Assembly (NCBI RefSeq): GCF_009914755.1
Contig: NC_060939.1
Strand: one strand, 5' to 3'
DNA length: 64,000 nucleotides
Source: the human T2T-CHM13v2.0 reference genome, Homo sapiens
This document shows, piece after piece, positions 44,530-58,896 of the stretch. Under the pieces are notes generated by a model. It saw nothing but the letters and a program-made list of their open reading frames with translations, searched no databases and had not been told where the DNA came from. The position numbers and the translations under genes were made by a program. How positions within the stretch are numbered: the stretch's first letter is position 1; each line of letters begins with the position of its first letter.

Positions 44530-46090
44530 CTGCAACTGTATACTTAGAAAAGCAGTATCTAGTAAAAAATACTAGAATAAATAAAAGACTTTTTCATGGC
44601 TATTTATAATATAAATATATAGAAATTCATTAGCTTGTCCTATATTACCATAAGCACCTAAAATGAACACAGAGAAAATATTCCATTCTGAGTAGCAATG
44701 ACAATTATAAAAAATTTATTAAAGACATAATTTGTTCTTGAAAATGGAGGCTTAGAATTGTATTTTTTCTAAAACTAATGTGAAAATTTAATTAAATTTT
44801 AGAGAATCTCAATAGCTTTTTCTCTTTGAAATTGGAAAAAAAATCATCTTAAATATCATATAGAAGGACAAGTGTCCAAAAGTAGCTAGGAAAGTGTGAC
44901 TAAAAAGAAAGAGGGAGTTGGATTTGCTTTAGCAGATAGCAAAACAACTTCTAATCATATAAAGATGACGTTGTCATAGGAATGGAGAAATAGACCAGCA
45001 CAATGGAATAAAGAAAGTAGAAAACAATGTGAACCTACGTGAGGATTTAATATATTACAAAGGTGATCTAATGAGAAAATAGGGGATTTTTATAGAAATG
45101 GTGTTGGCATAATTTTTTCTTCATGTGGATAAAGATAAAATTAGAATTTGTCTTACATCATGTTCAAAAACAAAATATATTTCAGATGGATTAAAGGCAT
45201 AAATGCAAAACAATACAACAACATACAATCAAATCTACAAAACTTCATGAATAATTTAGGAGGAGAGGACATTTTCTTAGCTAAGACAGAAAACCAGAGA
45301 CTATAAAAATATATATAAATATGTGCATATATATATATATATACAAAAATAACAATGATGTCAGAGGAGACCATAAATAATATCAAGAAACAAATGATAA
45401 ATATGGAAAAATATGGCTCCAATGTAGAAGACCAAGATTTTTGTCTATAATATTTGAAGAGCGCTTATAAAGTAGTAAGGAAAAAGACAAATGATTCAAC
45501 AAAAATAAGGAAAATGATATGGAAAAGAAATTCACTAGAGGAGAAATCAAAATGCTAACAAATACATGAAGAAGTGCTTACTCTCACTAGTAGTCAGGGA
45601 AATGCACATTCCAAAATAACAATGAGCTATCACTTTAGTTCCATCAGACTGAAAAAACTTCCTGAAAACCAAAATACATATTCCATCTGAGGCAGCAATC
45701 CCTTTCCTGGGGCCTCGGAAACAAAACTCCAAAATGTGGAGCTCTATCTATAAATCTTATTGATGCTTTGTTTATAACATTAAAGAAATCTGGAGACAAG
45801 TAAGTGTCTATCAAGACAGGGATGGATAAAAAAATATGGGCCCATCCGCATCATAACATATTGTACAACTTTAAAAATAATAACTTAGAACTATCTCATT
45901 TGACTTGGGGACATTTCTATGAGATATTGTTGAAAAAGAAATGCAGAATGCTGAAATGCTTGTATAATATGATTTCTACTGTTAAACAAGCAGTGACTTA
46001 CCCTTAGGATAGTATAAGTATGCATGTGAGCTGGGAGAAAAAGACATAGAAGGATACCAAATAGGTTTTTAGTGCTGTGAGGGTAGATAG
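44530..46090 (+). mobile_element. Old L1M (L1ME/MC-type) ORF2-3' remnant
   Basis: A-rich; tgcttactctcactagtagtcagggaaatgca, ttcagatggattaaag and gcaatccctttcctggg motifs. Confidence 0.6.
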
Positions 46091-46217
46091 GGGGTAGGAA
46101 GGGGGAGGCCAATAAAAAGGGAGGAAAAAAAGACAAGACTATAATACTCGCCTCCCCCATATCTGTAACATGATTCAAGTTTTAATTTATCTAAAATCAA
46201 TATATCTATTTTGTGTG

Positions 46218-46391
46218 TTTTTGTTATTTGTTTATTTTTAAGAGATGGGGGTCTCTCTCTCTCTTGCCCAGACTGGACTCGGGTGGCACAATCATGGCTC
46301 ACTGCAGTCTTAAACTCCTGGGCTCAAGACATCTTCCTGTGTCAGCCACCCAGGTAGCTGGGATTGCAGATGTGAGCCACCGTGCCTGACT
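46218..46391 (-). mobile_element. Alu monomer (FRAM/FAM-like)
   Basis: Single right-arm-like unit ending gtgagccaccgtgcctgac. Confidence 0.75.
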
Positions 46392-47306
46392 TGTGTGTTT
46401 CTGTGTGAGTGTGTGTATGTATATATGCATACCCAAGTTAACTGGTTGGAACAAAAAAAGAAATTAAAAAAATAATGATTTTCAAAAATATGCTATGAAT
46501 TTATACAGCAGTTTTCTTTCAAAGAACTCTGAATGCTTTGATGTAGACCATTCATTTCATCCTCACAACTTCCCTGGGAGTTGTGACCTTTAAATGTCAA
46601 ACCCCACAGGACTCTCTGCCTGGCTCCAGTGACGGACATCTGGAGTGAGATGCCTGCGGCAGCCCCTTTTCATCTTTGTGTCAGAGTATGTGGGGAGCTG
46701 GACTTTGCTGCTGGGCTATGCTTGCCTGCAGGGCTGTGGGTTTCTTCAAGCTCCTCTGTAATTTCTGTACCCCTCCAGATACAGCTTACCCTCTTAGATG
46801 AGAGAGAGTGCTCCAAGGCTTTCCCAGGTGCAGGTTCTGGAGCCCTGAACAGGGCACAAAAAGAGCAGTCAGTCAAGGAATGCCCTACCGAACCATTTCC
46901 ATAGACTGACATAGCAAGATCCTAAATGGGAGAACCAGTTCTACTAAGCAGGGGATGCACTGCTGCGTAGAGTGGAAACCGTGGGGCTCTTCCCCACAGA
47001 GGCTGTATGGGGTGCTGTGAAAATCACGGCTTTGTAATACAAGAGTCAAGGATGAAATTCTGGTTTTACCGTGTGCTGGGAAACTTAATTTTCTGAGCTT
47101 GAAAACTGACTCCTCACCAAATAATTTTCATTTACCAGGTTATTGTGAGGATTAACTAAGATGATGACTATAGAAGCATCAACACCTGCCTGGCAGGTAG
47201 GAGGAGCTTAACCAGCAGGTGGTAGGGAAACAATATTAAAAACCTATCAGGATTTGGCCTTGTGTTCTCTCCATTTCTCCTTTAATCCCTCTCGCCTTTT
47301 TTTCAG

Positions 47307-47431
47307 ATGTTCATTGAGTCACTGTTACCAAATATTGGCCCCTGGAAATCTCATAGTGTAATTAAAAAGATGAAGAAGGAAACAGATACTCTGTGGTGTC
47401 ATGGAGAATTTGTTAAAGACTTTTAATTGAG
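47307..47431 (+). other. Candidate spliced exon (unverified)
   Basis: Long pyrimidine tract ending ctcgcctttttttcAG|A; donor GAG|GTATGC; 125 nt. Confidence 0.25.
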
Positions 47432-47813
47432 GTATGCACCGAATGCTTTGAGCACATGTAGGAGGATAACCTCACGTGTGTGCAGTAGCCAGGAAAGACT
47501 TACTAGAGAAGGTGATATTTGAGAATTCACCTGGTTGATTAGGGGATAGGGAATAAGTGGTAATGGGTATGTGCTGGTGTGAAGAAAACTTATATACAGG
47601 ATGACAGGTATGCAAAAAAGCCAAAAGGTGAAAAACTATTGATGTTAACATTTATGGCTACTATTTTTGGTATAAAAATTAACCTGACTTAACAAAGGAT
47701 TTTGTACAATTACTGTTACCTGTATTGATTAAAGTGGTTTAGACCCAATAATACAGAAGTGTGGAAACGTTTCAGCAGTTTATGAGGATAACTAAATTAC
47801 ATTAAAATGGGAG

Positions 47814-48292
47814 CTGTGATCCCAGTCTTCAAGATGGCTCCAAAGACCCCTGCCTCCTGGTTTTCAGGCCCTTGTACAGCCCCCTCCCACAGTGGACCAG
47901 GGTTGGTCTGTGTGACTAATAGAATACAGAAGATGTGATGGTGTGGCATTTCCCAAAGAAGTTATAAAATTCTATGGCTTCTGTCTTGGGCTCTCTTTCT
48001 CTGTCTTGGATCACTCAGTCTGGGGGAAGCTGGCGGCCAACTTGTGAGGACACTCAGGCAGGCTTTGGAAAGGCCCACGTGGAGAAGTGAGTCCGCCAGC
48101 AACCGTGGGAGTGAGCTGGAAAGCACATCCTTTAGCCTCAGATGACTGCAGCTCTGCCTGAGAGCTTGCTGCAACTTCATGAGAGATCCTGAACCACCTG
48201 CTAAGCTCCTCTTGGATTCTTGACCCATAGAATCTGTGAGATGATAAATATTTGCTCTTTTAAGGATAATTTATTATTTAGCAATAGATATT
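47814..48292 (+). mobile_element. MaLR LTR (MLT1F-like)
   Basis: caagatggctcc...cctcctgg...gtgtgactaatagaata...gggggaagc...tgtgagatgataaat. Confidence 0.7.
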
Positions 48293-48294
48293 TG

Positions 48295-48682
48295 TCTCCC
48301 ATTCTTTATCTTTCTCTGCATCAATGCCCTTTGCTATATGATATTGCAGTTTCTCCTACTAGAAGTACCATATATATCCTTTCCCCACCATGTTGAACTT
48401 GGCCATGTAACTTGCTTTGGCCTATGGAACGTGGAAAAAAATGACCATATGTCTCTTAGTAGCTATTTAGGCCTTGAGATGTATCACATACTACTGCTCA
48501 CCTTTTTGATGGTAGCTGATAGTAGCTGATCCTCCTTCAACCTGGGTCCCATAAGGAACACATTAACAGAGCCACTCCAGCCAAACTGTAGACTAGGAGC
48601 CTGAGAATAAATTATTGTTTCAAGCCATTGGGTTCAGGGTGTTGGTTACACAGAATTAATATGGCAATAAGAAATTGATGCT
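48295..48682 (+). mobile_element. MaLR LTR (MLT1I/J-like)
   Basis: cttggccatgtaacttgctttggcc; ccttcaacctgggtccc; gttttcaagccattg. Confidence 0.5.
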
Positions 48683-51600
48683 ATCCCTTCAGATATGTCA
48701 GGAGAAAAGGACACATAAAGATGTGGTCAATGAGATTGGAAATACAAGTTGAGACTCCATTTTGAAGGGCCTTGAGTACCAAACTACACAGTTTGGATTT
48801 TTTTTTTTTCTGCAGGAAGCACATACAATTCATTTTGAGAACACTGTCATGGCATTGTTGAGAATGGACTAAAGAGAGCAAGCCTAGAGGCAGAAGTCTA
48901 GGCTTCTAGGAACTTTGCAAAAGTCCATATGAGATGTGTGATACGGGCTTGAATTAGGGCATGGGCAGTAACAATGAAAGGGGAGAATTGATTTAATGTT
49001 GAGACTGTCTCCTGAAACAACTTGTCCTTTTTACTAAAGGAATGTATGGGGAGAGAAAGTTTCCCACTGTAGACTGACACCTTCATGAAGCCAGGAAGCC
49101 TAGCCTGATTAAATTTTCAGGCAGACCCCATTATTTACTCTTTCTGGATCAATGAAAGAAGTACAAGTTATTTCATAGGATGTTGGGCAAAGCCAATGCC
49201 CAAATGCCTGCCAGGGCACATCTGAACTGAAAGTGAATGTTCAAGGATCCATCTTGCTTTCAAGAGAACACTCCCTTTGCATACACGTAGATGATTTCCC
49301 TTCCTCTCCTTGACTTCACTCAGGCCAACTCCTCCAAAGTTAGGGGAGTATGGGTTAGCTGTTGGTTTCTTTGTTAGAGGAACTCTCAGACATAGTTTAT
49401 AGGTTGCCCATGGGAAATTTGGTCAGAGCAGGGCCAAAGGCTTCATGAGAAACCTAATCAGTTTCTACCACTTGATCTGAATTAAGAAGAGTATTCCAAG
49501 CAGGACAGGTTTGAGAGACTTTCCTCCTCACTCTGAAGTCATAAGTTTGGCTAGGAAAATTGGGATCCATCTGGTATTTTCTACACATTAACATATTAGC
49601 TGGGAGGAGTCTTACGTTATTGCCTAAGAGTGTGAGATGCTATAGACTGATTGTGATGATCATTCCTGCATATTGGTACAAAGATGTGTGTGTTTCTGGC
49701 AAGCAGAAGTATGCTAAATGAAGCCTAATAAATACTTGTTGATATGCAATGTTCATTGAATGAGACTGGCTAGTCCATATCTGTCAGACAGAATTACGGA
49801 GATACATTCTTGGCTGTAAAGATGGAGTCTGGGAGATTTGCAAATGCATCAGGGATTTTCAGATGTAAGAGACTTAGAGCCATGGGAGAGAATATTATAC
49901 CATTTTTGTGTCTTGTGATCTAGGCTCAGGCCAAGCTGTAATGTAGTAAAGGGTAATTCATAGGCTCAGTATCTCAGGTTTGTCACACGGAAAAACTTTT
50001 CCTATAGAAATTTCCCTACTGGTCTGTTGAGAGAATTAATCAGCATTTGCAACGAATTTACAAAGACTTTTGAAAACTGGAAAGCAGCTAGAAAGTACAG
50101 TTATAACAGCTGTTTCCTCCAAGTTAGAGGAGTGTGGCTTAGCTGTGGGCCTCTTTGGTGAATAAACTCTGAAGCCTGATCCTGAAGAGATTAGGAACAA
50201 TATTTGTAGTGTAGTGTGTAGTGATGGGTCTTACAACTGGTGGCACGATTCAGGCCTGCTCCATCCAGGAGACTGGTTGACTTGAACAGAAGTTGGAGTA
50301 AGCAAGATGTTGAGCATAGAGACCCATGTAGAAACCACAACCACCTGTTACCTTGAACATCACAGCAAAGATGGCTTTATAGTAATCTTCTTTGGAAACA
50401 GTGCCGTTAAGTCAACAAGGGCTGCAGGTGCCGGGGATGGCTCAGACCACACCAAGCCATGTGCACATTAGCCTCATGGTAAGGAACCGGGGTCTATTAC
50501 TGTTGGATGTGGTCACTCTCAGCGGCAAACACAGCATTTCTACTCGGAAATCACAGTTAGACATTGAGACTTGGGATTTAGAAGTATTTGTTTCTGTTGC
50601 ATTTCTTGGTTAGGTCCAGGGGCCTAATACAAAAATTGGTACTAATACAAAAATTGCCAGGGCACATTTTACCAGTTGTGAAATCAGGAAAGATCCTCTG
50701 GTGGACTCTCATTTGGAGGGTGAGGAGTGAGGCCAGAGAGGTGAAGTGCCTGCCCAAAGTGAGGCAACTCGTCTGTGGCCAAGTTGGAGACCAGCACCCA
50801 TCTTCTAACACCTAATTGATGAATGATCTTTACCATTTTACCACTTTTGTTCTGCTTCACTTCTTGGCATTGATCATATCCCACTCTGGCTCCTAGAAAG
50901 AAGTCATCTGCCCCCTTCAAATGAAGAAGCAGACAAGCCTACTGCTAACCTCCATGATCCCTCTTGAGAAGGTCCCCATGGGTCTCCCCGACTCCAGCCA
51001 AAGGGTTGTCCATTGCCTTAGCTTATCTTCGATTGGCCTCACTGGGCCTGACCTTTCTTCTCTACATACTTTCCCTTCCCCCCAGCCTCCAGCCGTAGGA
51101 GAAAATCCTCTGTATTTTATGGCACCCTTCTCAAGAAATATTGGAATTTTACCAGTTCCTTTTAACAATAGAACCCAAGGGGTGACTAATGGTAGAAAGT
51201 AGGTACATAGGGAGCTCAGTGAGGGAGTCCAGTTAGGACAAGGAGATTTTCTTGTGCTTCTGTGCTATAGAAATTTCCCTACTGTGGCCTGTTACTCTGT
51301 ACACAGAACTGAGCTTGGACCCCACTAATTTGCCTTAAAGGAAAGGGTGGCTCACAGTTTTGGGCATGCTTTGGTATAAAGCGAATTAGTAGTATTACAG
51401 ATATAACACATTCTGTAAGACACTAAACAGAGAACTAGAGCTAGAGATAGGCAACTATTAATATTATGGTTAAATGGTAGTCTATAGAAAAATGCAAAGA
51501 AAGAACATAATTTTTAATATCGTACCACCGACTTTGTAAATGTCTTCTAGTTAAACAGGGCATGATAACCTATCTGCAATGTAGTTACATCTTACTTTTG

Positions 51601-51783
51601 TAGATTATTATCCAGAGAATAACAACTGGACACAGTCTAGTATCATCCTTTGAGACCTTGAACACATAAATTGTTTTTCCCTTATCTCCTTAATCTCCTA
51701 GTCTGTAAATAAGGCTAATAAATACCACATGTCACATCTAAAAATCACATCCTTTAAATTTAACTGCCTCTAAATAGTCTTAA

Positions 51784-52842
51784 TTTTTTTTAATGATAGA
51801 TAAAATCCTAAGTATTTATTGTATACAACATATTATTATGAAGTATATGTACATTGTGGAAGGACTAAACCTAGCTAATTAACATTAGCATTACCTCACG
51901 TAGTTATCATTTTTGTGGTAAGAACACTTTATATCCACTTTCTTAGCGTTTTTCAAGAAGACAATGTATTATTTACTATAGTTACCATGTTGTATAATAG
52001 ATTTCATAAACTTTTTCTTCCTAACTGAAATTTCACAGCCTTTGACCAACAATCTCCCCAACCCACCCCAATCACCTCAGTCTCTTGTAACCACCGTTCT
52101 ACTCTCTACTTCTATGAGATCAACTTTTTTAGATTTCACATGTGAGTAAGATCATGCAGTATTTATCTTTCTGTGCCTGACTTATTTCACTTGACATAAT
52201 GTCTTCCAGTTTCATCGTGTTGTTGCAAATGATAGGATTTCCTTCTCCTTTATGACTGAATAGTATTCCGTTGTGTGTATATATACTACAAGGGTATCCA
52301 ATCTTTTGGCTTCCACAAGCCACATTGGAAGAGTAAGAATTGTCTTGGGCCACACATAAAATACACTAACACTAACAATAGCTCATAAGCTAAAACACAA
52401 ATTGCAAAAAAAAAATCATAATGTTTTAAGAAAGTTTACGAATTTGTGTTGGGCTGCATTCAAAACCATCCTTGGCTGCATGCAGCCCATGGGCCACAGG
52501 TTAGACAAGCTTATACCTCATTCAAAACATCTCTTCATCCACTGATGGACACCTAGGTTGATTCCATATCTTGGCTCTTGGGCATAATGCTGCAACAAGC
52601 ATGGGAGTGAGGATATCTCTTTGACACGCTGATTTTATTTCCTTGGGATATAAACCGAGTAGTGGGATTGCTGGCTGGATCATATGGTAGTTCTATTTTT
52701 AATTTTTTGAGAAACCTTTATACTGTTTTCCATAATAGTAGTGTTAATTTACATTCCTATCAACAGTTTGTGAGGTTTCTCTTTACTCCACATCCTTGCA
52801 AATTAACTTTTGCCTTTTTGGTGATAACCATTCTAACAGTTG
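51784..52842 (-). mobile_element. L1MA 3' end, interrupted by MER30
   Basis: ttagatttcacatgtgagtaagatcatg; tgggattgctggc...ggatcatatggtagttctattttt. Confidence 0.82.
52289..52513 (+). mobile_element. MER30 (hAT-Charlie)
   Basis: ccaatcttttggcttcc...gggccacacataaaatacactaacac...gacaagctt. Confidence 0.88.
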
Positions 52843-53648
52843 TTAGCCTCACCTAAATATTCTTAATTATATCAGTTATCAGCTGTCACAATAATAATGC
52901 ATAACAAACAGCCACAAAACCTCAGTGGCATACAGTGATGCTTTTGTCAGTGGTTAGGGTACCCACCAGGGCTACTGTGAGACAGACTTGAGCCAAAATC
53001 CCATTCATTGCTTGACTTCCATAAAATCCTGCTGATTGATGGATCACAGTGGTGCTTTAGATCTACAGTAATTAGTGGATGTCCAGTATTCACTGAAAAG
53101 CCTGATCATTTTTCCTTCTCCAATGCACAATTTCCTGGATAAAGGCCATAAGTCCCTTTGGGGAGAGCTAAGAGGAAGATTTAGTATCTGTATTTTTTGT
53201 CTGGGTAGCATGGTCCTTACTCAAGGGGACTCAGTCTCTTCTTTATTCAAGGAGTTCTGGGTCTGTGAACTGGCTCAAGGTTGGGAATTGGTTGTTACTT
53301 AGATTTCTGTTGTTGAAAACTGGTAAAATAATTCAGTTCATTTGTTGTTTATTGTACCTCCTCTTAAGTCACACTTTGTATCTTGACCACATGAGTCTTC
53401 TTCACACAGAAACCCACTGAGATTTAGGTCTAGTAAAGGAGCAGTGAATGGTGGTGGGATTAGGGCTGGAGGAAGATCAAGCAAGGCAAAATATCTCAGG
53501 AGTTCCAGCAAGGCAATATATCTCAGGAGAGGTAATGATAGGCTCTTCAGATAAGAGGAGACTAATCTCCTTAGGGGAAGAAGGGCTGCCTCTATTGGCA
53601 AAGGAGAGTTAAGAGAGTTAAGGGGTTTGAATCTACCAGCTTCATTAG

Positions 53649-54025
<377 letters not shown>

Positions 54026-54035
54026 TAAAAAATAC

Positions 54036-54321
54036 TTTTAGAGATAATGTCTCAGTGTGTTATCCAGGCTGGAGTGCAGTAGTAAAATAGCTCACTGCAG
54101 CCTCAAACTCTTGGGCTCAAACAATTGTCCCACGTCAGCCTCCTGAGCAGCTGGGACTACAGTCATGCTTCACTACATCTGAATAATTTTTTAAACTTTT
54201 TTTGTAGAGATGCGGTCTTGCTGTGTTGTCTGGGCTGTTCTGGAACTTCTGGCCTCAAGCAATTCTCCTGCCTCAGCCTCCTGAAGTGCTAAATTACAGG
54301 TGTGAACCACTACACTCAGCC
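54036..54321 (-). mobile_element. AluJ
   Basis: Diverged antisense Alu dimer. Confidence 0.85.
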
Positions 54322-54608
54322 TCTTTACCAGTTAATATCCTAACTTTAACATAGGAGACTCTATGAGGAAGGGAAGTCAATTTGCATTGTAAGTCAGCCA
54401 CCTGCTGTTCTAGACTTTGGGTGTGGCTTTTGAAAATCTTAGCCCTAAGGCAGAAGAAGATAAAAGTTTCTTTTAGGGTAGTCATATATTTGAGGCCCCT
54501 TATGTAGATCTTGAGCTGGGAATTTAGTCCTGAGCTGTTTTTTTGTTTTCTACACATTTTCAAGCACATTTAGAAGCAAACAACAAAACCACTCTTAGTA
54601 CCAATTTT

Positions 54609-54720
54609 TGTATTAGTCAGGGTTCAATCAGAGAAGGAGAAACAACTATGAGTGATTTTGTTATTATATAATAAGAAATTTCTTATAGAAATTTGACCTT
54701 ATGGAATTGTGGGCGTTGTT
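54609..54720 (-). mobile_element. MLT2-family LTR 3' end abutting the ERVL internal sequence
   Basis: gtaccaatttt|TGTATTAGTCAGGGTTC LTR-internal junction. Confidence 0.6.
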
Positions 54721-55875
54721 AGTTTATGTGCATGTTTTGCACGTGCATAACACAAGCTATTGTGCATATGTGCATGTACCCCAAATACACAGAATATCTT
54801 TAGTTCTGGCAAAAGGGTAGACTAAGATAACCTGAAACTCTCCCGCTACAAATTGTGAGAGAAGCCAAATAAGGTGTGTAAAAATTTTTTTGAAATATTT
54901 GCTAAGCTTGCCAGAAAAAAAGGAAATCCCTAGATCCCAGAAAAGAAGATGGAGTTGAAAACCAGATTAGTAAACTTGTGATCTGACACGTGGCTGCCCT
55001 TGGAGTGAAGATTATGGGTTCCTGCAACCTGGGGCTTAGCTTTAAGGATGACAATATGTTAAATAAGGAGCTAGAACTTGCATGATATAGGGAATAAATC
55101 TGAGGTTTCTGCAAAAGCCAAGACATTTGAGAGGCTGAGGCTGTACCCTCAATGATAGGGTGAAAAAACAAGCAAACAAAAAAACGCCCCAACCCACCCC
55201 GGCAAAAAAAAAAAAAAAAAAAAAGGCCAAAGATACAAAAAGGAAACCTCTGTGTTTCCATATGGTTCTTGATGAAAAAAAAGTCTGACCTGAGAAAATG
55301 AAACCACCAACCTATACTTTACATGGACTTAATATCCACATTTATTTGCCTGCATGGTACAGGAATCCAAAATGTATAATAAATGATATGAAATAGTAAT
55401 AAATTGATAAGCAGTGATACAAATGAAAACAATAATAGGATCAACAAAATAATGAGTTTTGGGGATGTAATTTCAAGGTGGAATTAAAAATAGAAGAAAA
55501 CTATTACATGTAGAATAGGAGTTTACTGAATTTAAAATGTTTTAATAGTCTATTATTTATAAGAAGTTAGAAATATTGGTTAAATTAAGATTTCTGTTGA
55601 TTAATCATATATAAGAATGTTAAGGGTAATCTCAAAATATAGAAATAGAAAATATTGCTTTAAAACCAGAACAAGGCAAAAGAGGAAATAGAAAATATGA
55701 TAAATCCAACAGTTTAAGGGAAAAAAAGAAAAAGAAAAGAGTAAATAGAAAGCCCAAAACAGAATTACAGAAATAGGTCCAAATAAATATATCACTAATC
55801 ATTATAAATGTAAATGGCCTAAATTCACCAGTTCAGATACAGAGACTCAGATTCTTTTAAGAAAAACTGACTTTA

Positions 55876-56158
55876 GGCTGGGTGGGGCGGCTCACACCTG
55901 TAATCCCAGCACTTTGGGAGGTGGGCAGATCACCTGAGGTCAGGAGTTTGAGACCAGCCTGGCCAACATGGTGAAATCTCGTCTCTACTAAAAATACAAA
56001 AATTAGCTGGGAGTGGTGGCGCATGTCTGTAATCCCAGCTACTCATGAAGCTGAGGCACAAGAAATGCTTGAACCTGGGAGGCGGAGGTTGCAGTGAACT
56101 GAGATCCAAGATTGCACCACTGTACTCCAGCCTGGGCAACAGAGTCAGACTCTGTCAA

Positions 56159-56179
<21 letters not shown>
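55876..56179 (+). mobile_element. AluS (Sx-like)
   Basis: TSD AAGAAAAA(A)CTGACTTTA at 55859-55875 and 56180-56197. Confidence 0.92.
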
Positions 56180-56189
<10 letters not shown>

Positions 56190-56982
56190 TGACTTTAAAA
56201 CCTTGATATGATGGTTTCAAAATACAAAAGTATAATATCACAAAAAGTTGAAAATAAAATAGTGGTAAAAGAGATACTATGAAAATACTAATACAAGGAA
56301 AGCTCGGGACTCACACAAATATCAAATAAAATAGACTGTAAAATGAAAACATTATGCATGAAGATGATTATTTTATAGCAATAAATAGGAATAACTTTTA
56401 CAATTAAAACTTTAAATTAAAATCCTGAGTGAGCAAGTATCTAGCAACATGGTCTCAAAATATGTAAACCCCAAACTGAAGAACTTCAAGGAGAAATCGA
56501 CAAATCAACAACCACAATAGGAAATCGTATTGTATACATTAGTTAGAAATTGATAAATTAAGAAGACAAAAAAATAGGTAAGGGCATAGGAATTTTGACT
56601 AATATGATTAACATGGTAGGTATGATGGATATTTATAAAATTCTGTACACATGAATTAGGAAATATATATTCATTTTAAGGGTAAATGTAACTGTTACCA
56701 AAATTGATCACATGGATTGAATTGGCCTGGGGTAGATCTCAGGAATCAGTTTTTTTCTAAAGTTCCCCAAGCAATTCTAATGTGTAGTCAGGATTGAGAG
56801 ATGCTGTATTATAGCAATTTAAAATGCATGGCCTGTATTTTCATGTAATTATGCGAATACATCTTGAAAAAGCTGATGTTGAGAAGAAAAAAGCCAGTTA
56901 CAAAAGGAGCATGTATTATGTTTATGTCAAATGTTTAAAAACACAGTAGTTTATTTGTGATAAAAGTATAAGTTGTATGTTA

Positions 56983-57288
<306 letters not shown>

Positions 57289-58055
57289 TTATATAATTTT
57301 GGTCCTTTTGTGTATTTGAAATATCTCATATTTCAAAAATTGAACAAAAAATAAATTCATAGATGAATTAGGTCTCATGTCCACTGTGCAATACAGAGAG
57401 CATATCTATTGACCAGGGAAGGAGCCTGTAATTGTTTTTTTTCTTATAAGGTTTCACAGCATGACATTGTCTTGGTGATTCCACAAAGGAGCTGAATCTT
57501 TCAGGCTCAAATTTTTGATTTGTCAGCACATCAGTTAAGTGAGAAATAAAACTTTTTTTGGACCTAAATATTCCTCAGTGATAGGTACATTCGCAGACTC
57601 ACATTACATTGGAAGAGGATCCCTATGGAGATGTTTGCTTAGAGAGCACCAGAATTAGCCTAAGAGGAATTGTTTAAACAATAGCATGTTCAATAGCATC
57701 AGGCTCTGATAACCCCTGAGGCAGTTATCTCATAATGGGATTGGCCTTGGCAATATGATTGAAAGTCTCAAATTCCGTTTGCTGAGATTCTCTCGCTCTG
57801 AACAGAGCTGAATGAGCAGAGTCTACATCTGACTCTGTGAATATCATTTTTTTGGGCTTTCAAGGCCTTTGCTACCCTCCATACATCCAATCTGGATTCA
57901 CCACTTTCCCTCTCTGCTCCCATACCTCTTTGCAGACTTCTGTTGGCACTGAGGATGTGAAAATTTCAAATTATGTGTCTGTCTCCCCAACTGGACTGAT
58001 TGCTCCACCAAAGGCAAGAACCACGTCATTTAAACTTTCCATCCTTTAAGTCCTT

Positions 58056-58414
58056 GATGCTGGTTGCAGACTATTTTGAACTCTGCTTCTGGGCATGTGG
58101 TAGAATTGTACCTCCTGACCCCCTGAGGCCATCTGGCTGGTTCTGTATGAGTGTGATTTGTGCCAACCCTGGGCCGGAGAAGCTGAGACCTTCCCACCCC
58201 CTTGGCTATTTCCTTGGCTGACCAGCAATGTAGAGCAGTGAGTGCTCTGTCAACCCAGGGCTCTGAGTGGGCATGATGGAGATGAAGAACAGATTGCCAG
58301 CCAACCCATGCTGCATGTTCAGTGTGAGTGTGAAATAATCCTTCTTGGTTTTAAGTCACTATGATGTGGGACTGTCTGTTACCACAACATTAGCAAGTCC
58401 ATCCCGACTGATAC
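58056..58414 (+). mobile_element. MaLR LTR (MLT1J-like) within an L2 3' end
   Basis: 3' end ggttttaagtcact...tgttaccacaaca...gactgatac. Confidence 0.5.
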
Positions 58415-58595
58415 GTATCCCCAGCATCTGGTATGATGCTGGCACCTATAGGTGCTTAATAAATGTTTGCTGAAAAAACTAAACTAGTCTGGGAGAATAT
58501 TAAATAAAATAGTGTTTGTGAAAGTGTCAGGCATCTAGGGAGCACTCAGTAAATATTAATTGGATCCAAGGAAGGCATCTATATTATGTTTCTTT

Positions 58596-58896
58596 TTCTT
58601 TTTAGAGACAGGATCTTGCTCTGTTCCCCAGGCTGGAGTGCAGTGGCACTGATTAATCATAGCTCACTGTAATCACTAACTCCCAGGCTCAAGTGATCCT
58701 CCCACCTCAGCCTCCTGAGTAGCTAGGACTACAGGTGTGCACCACTGTTATGCCTAGGTAATTTTAAAATATTTTTGTAGAGACGGGGGTCTCACTATGT
58801 TTCCCAGGCTGGTCTTGAAATCCGGGCTTTAAGTGATGCTCTTGCTTTGGCCTCCCAAAGTTCTGGAATTACAGGTATGAGCCAACCTGCTCAGTC
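58596..58896 (-). mobile_element. AluJ
   Basis: TSD TTA(T/G)GTTTCTTT at 58584-58595 and 58897-58908. Confidence 0.87.

Noticed and set aside
50624-50656. Short tandem duplications here and at 12200-12236, 3927-3990 and 53480-53529
   Set aside because: Ordinary short tandem or near-tandem duplications with no further structure.
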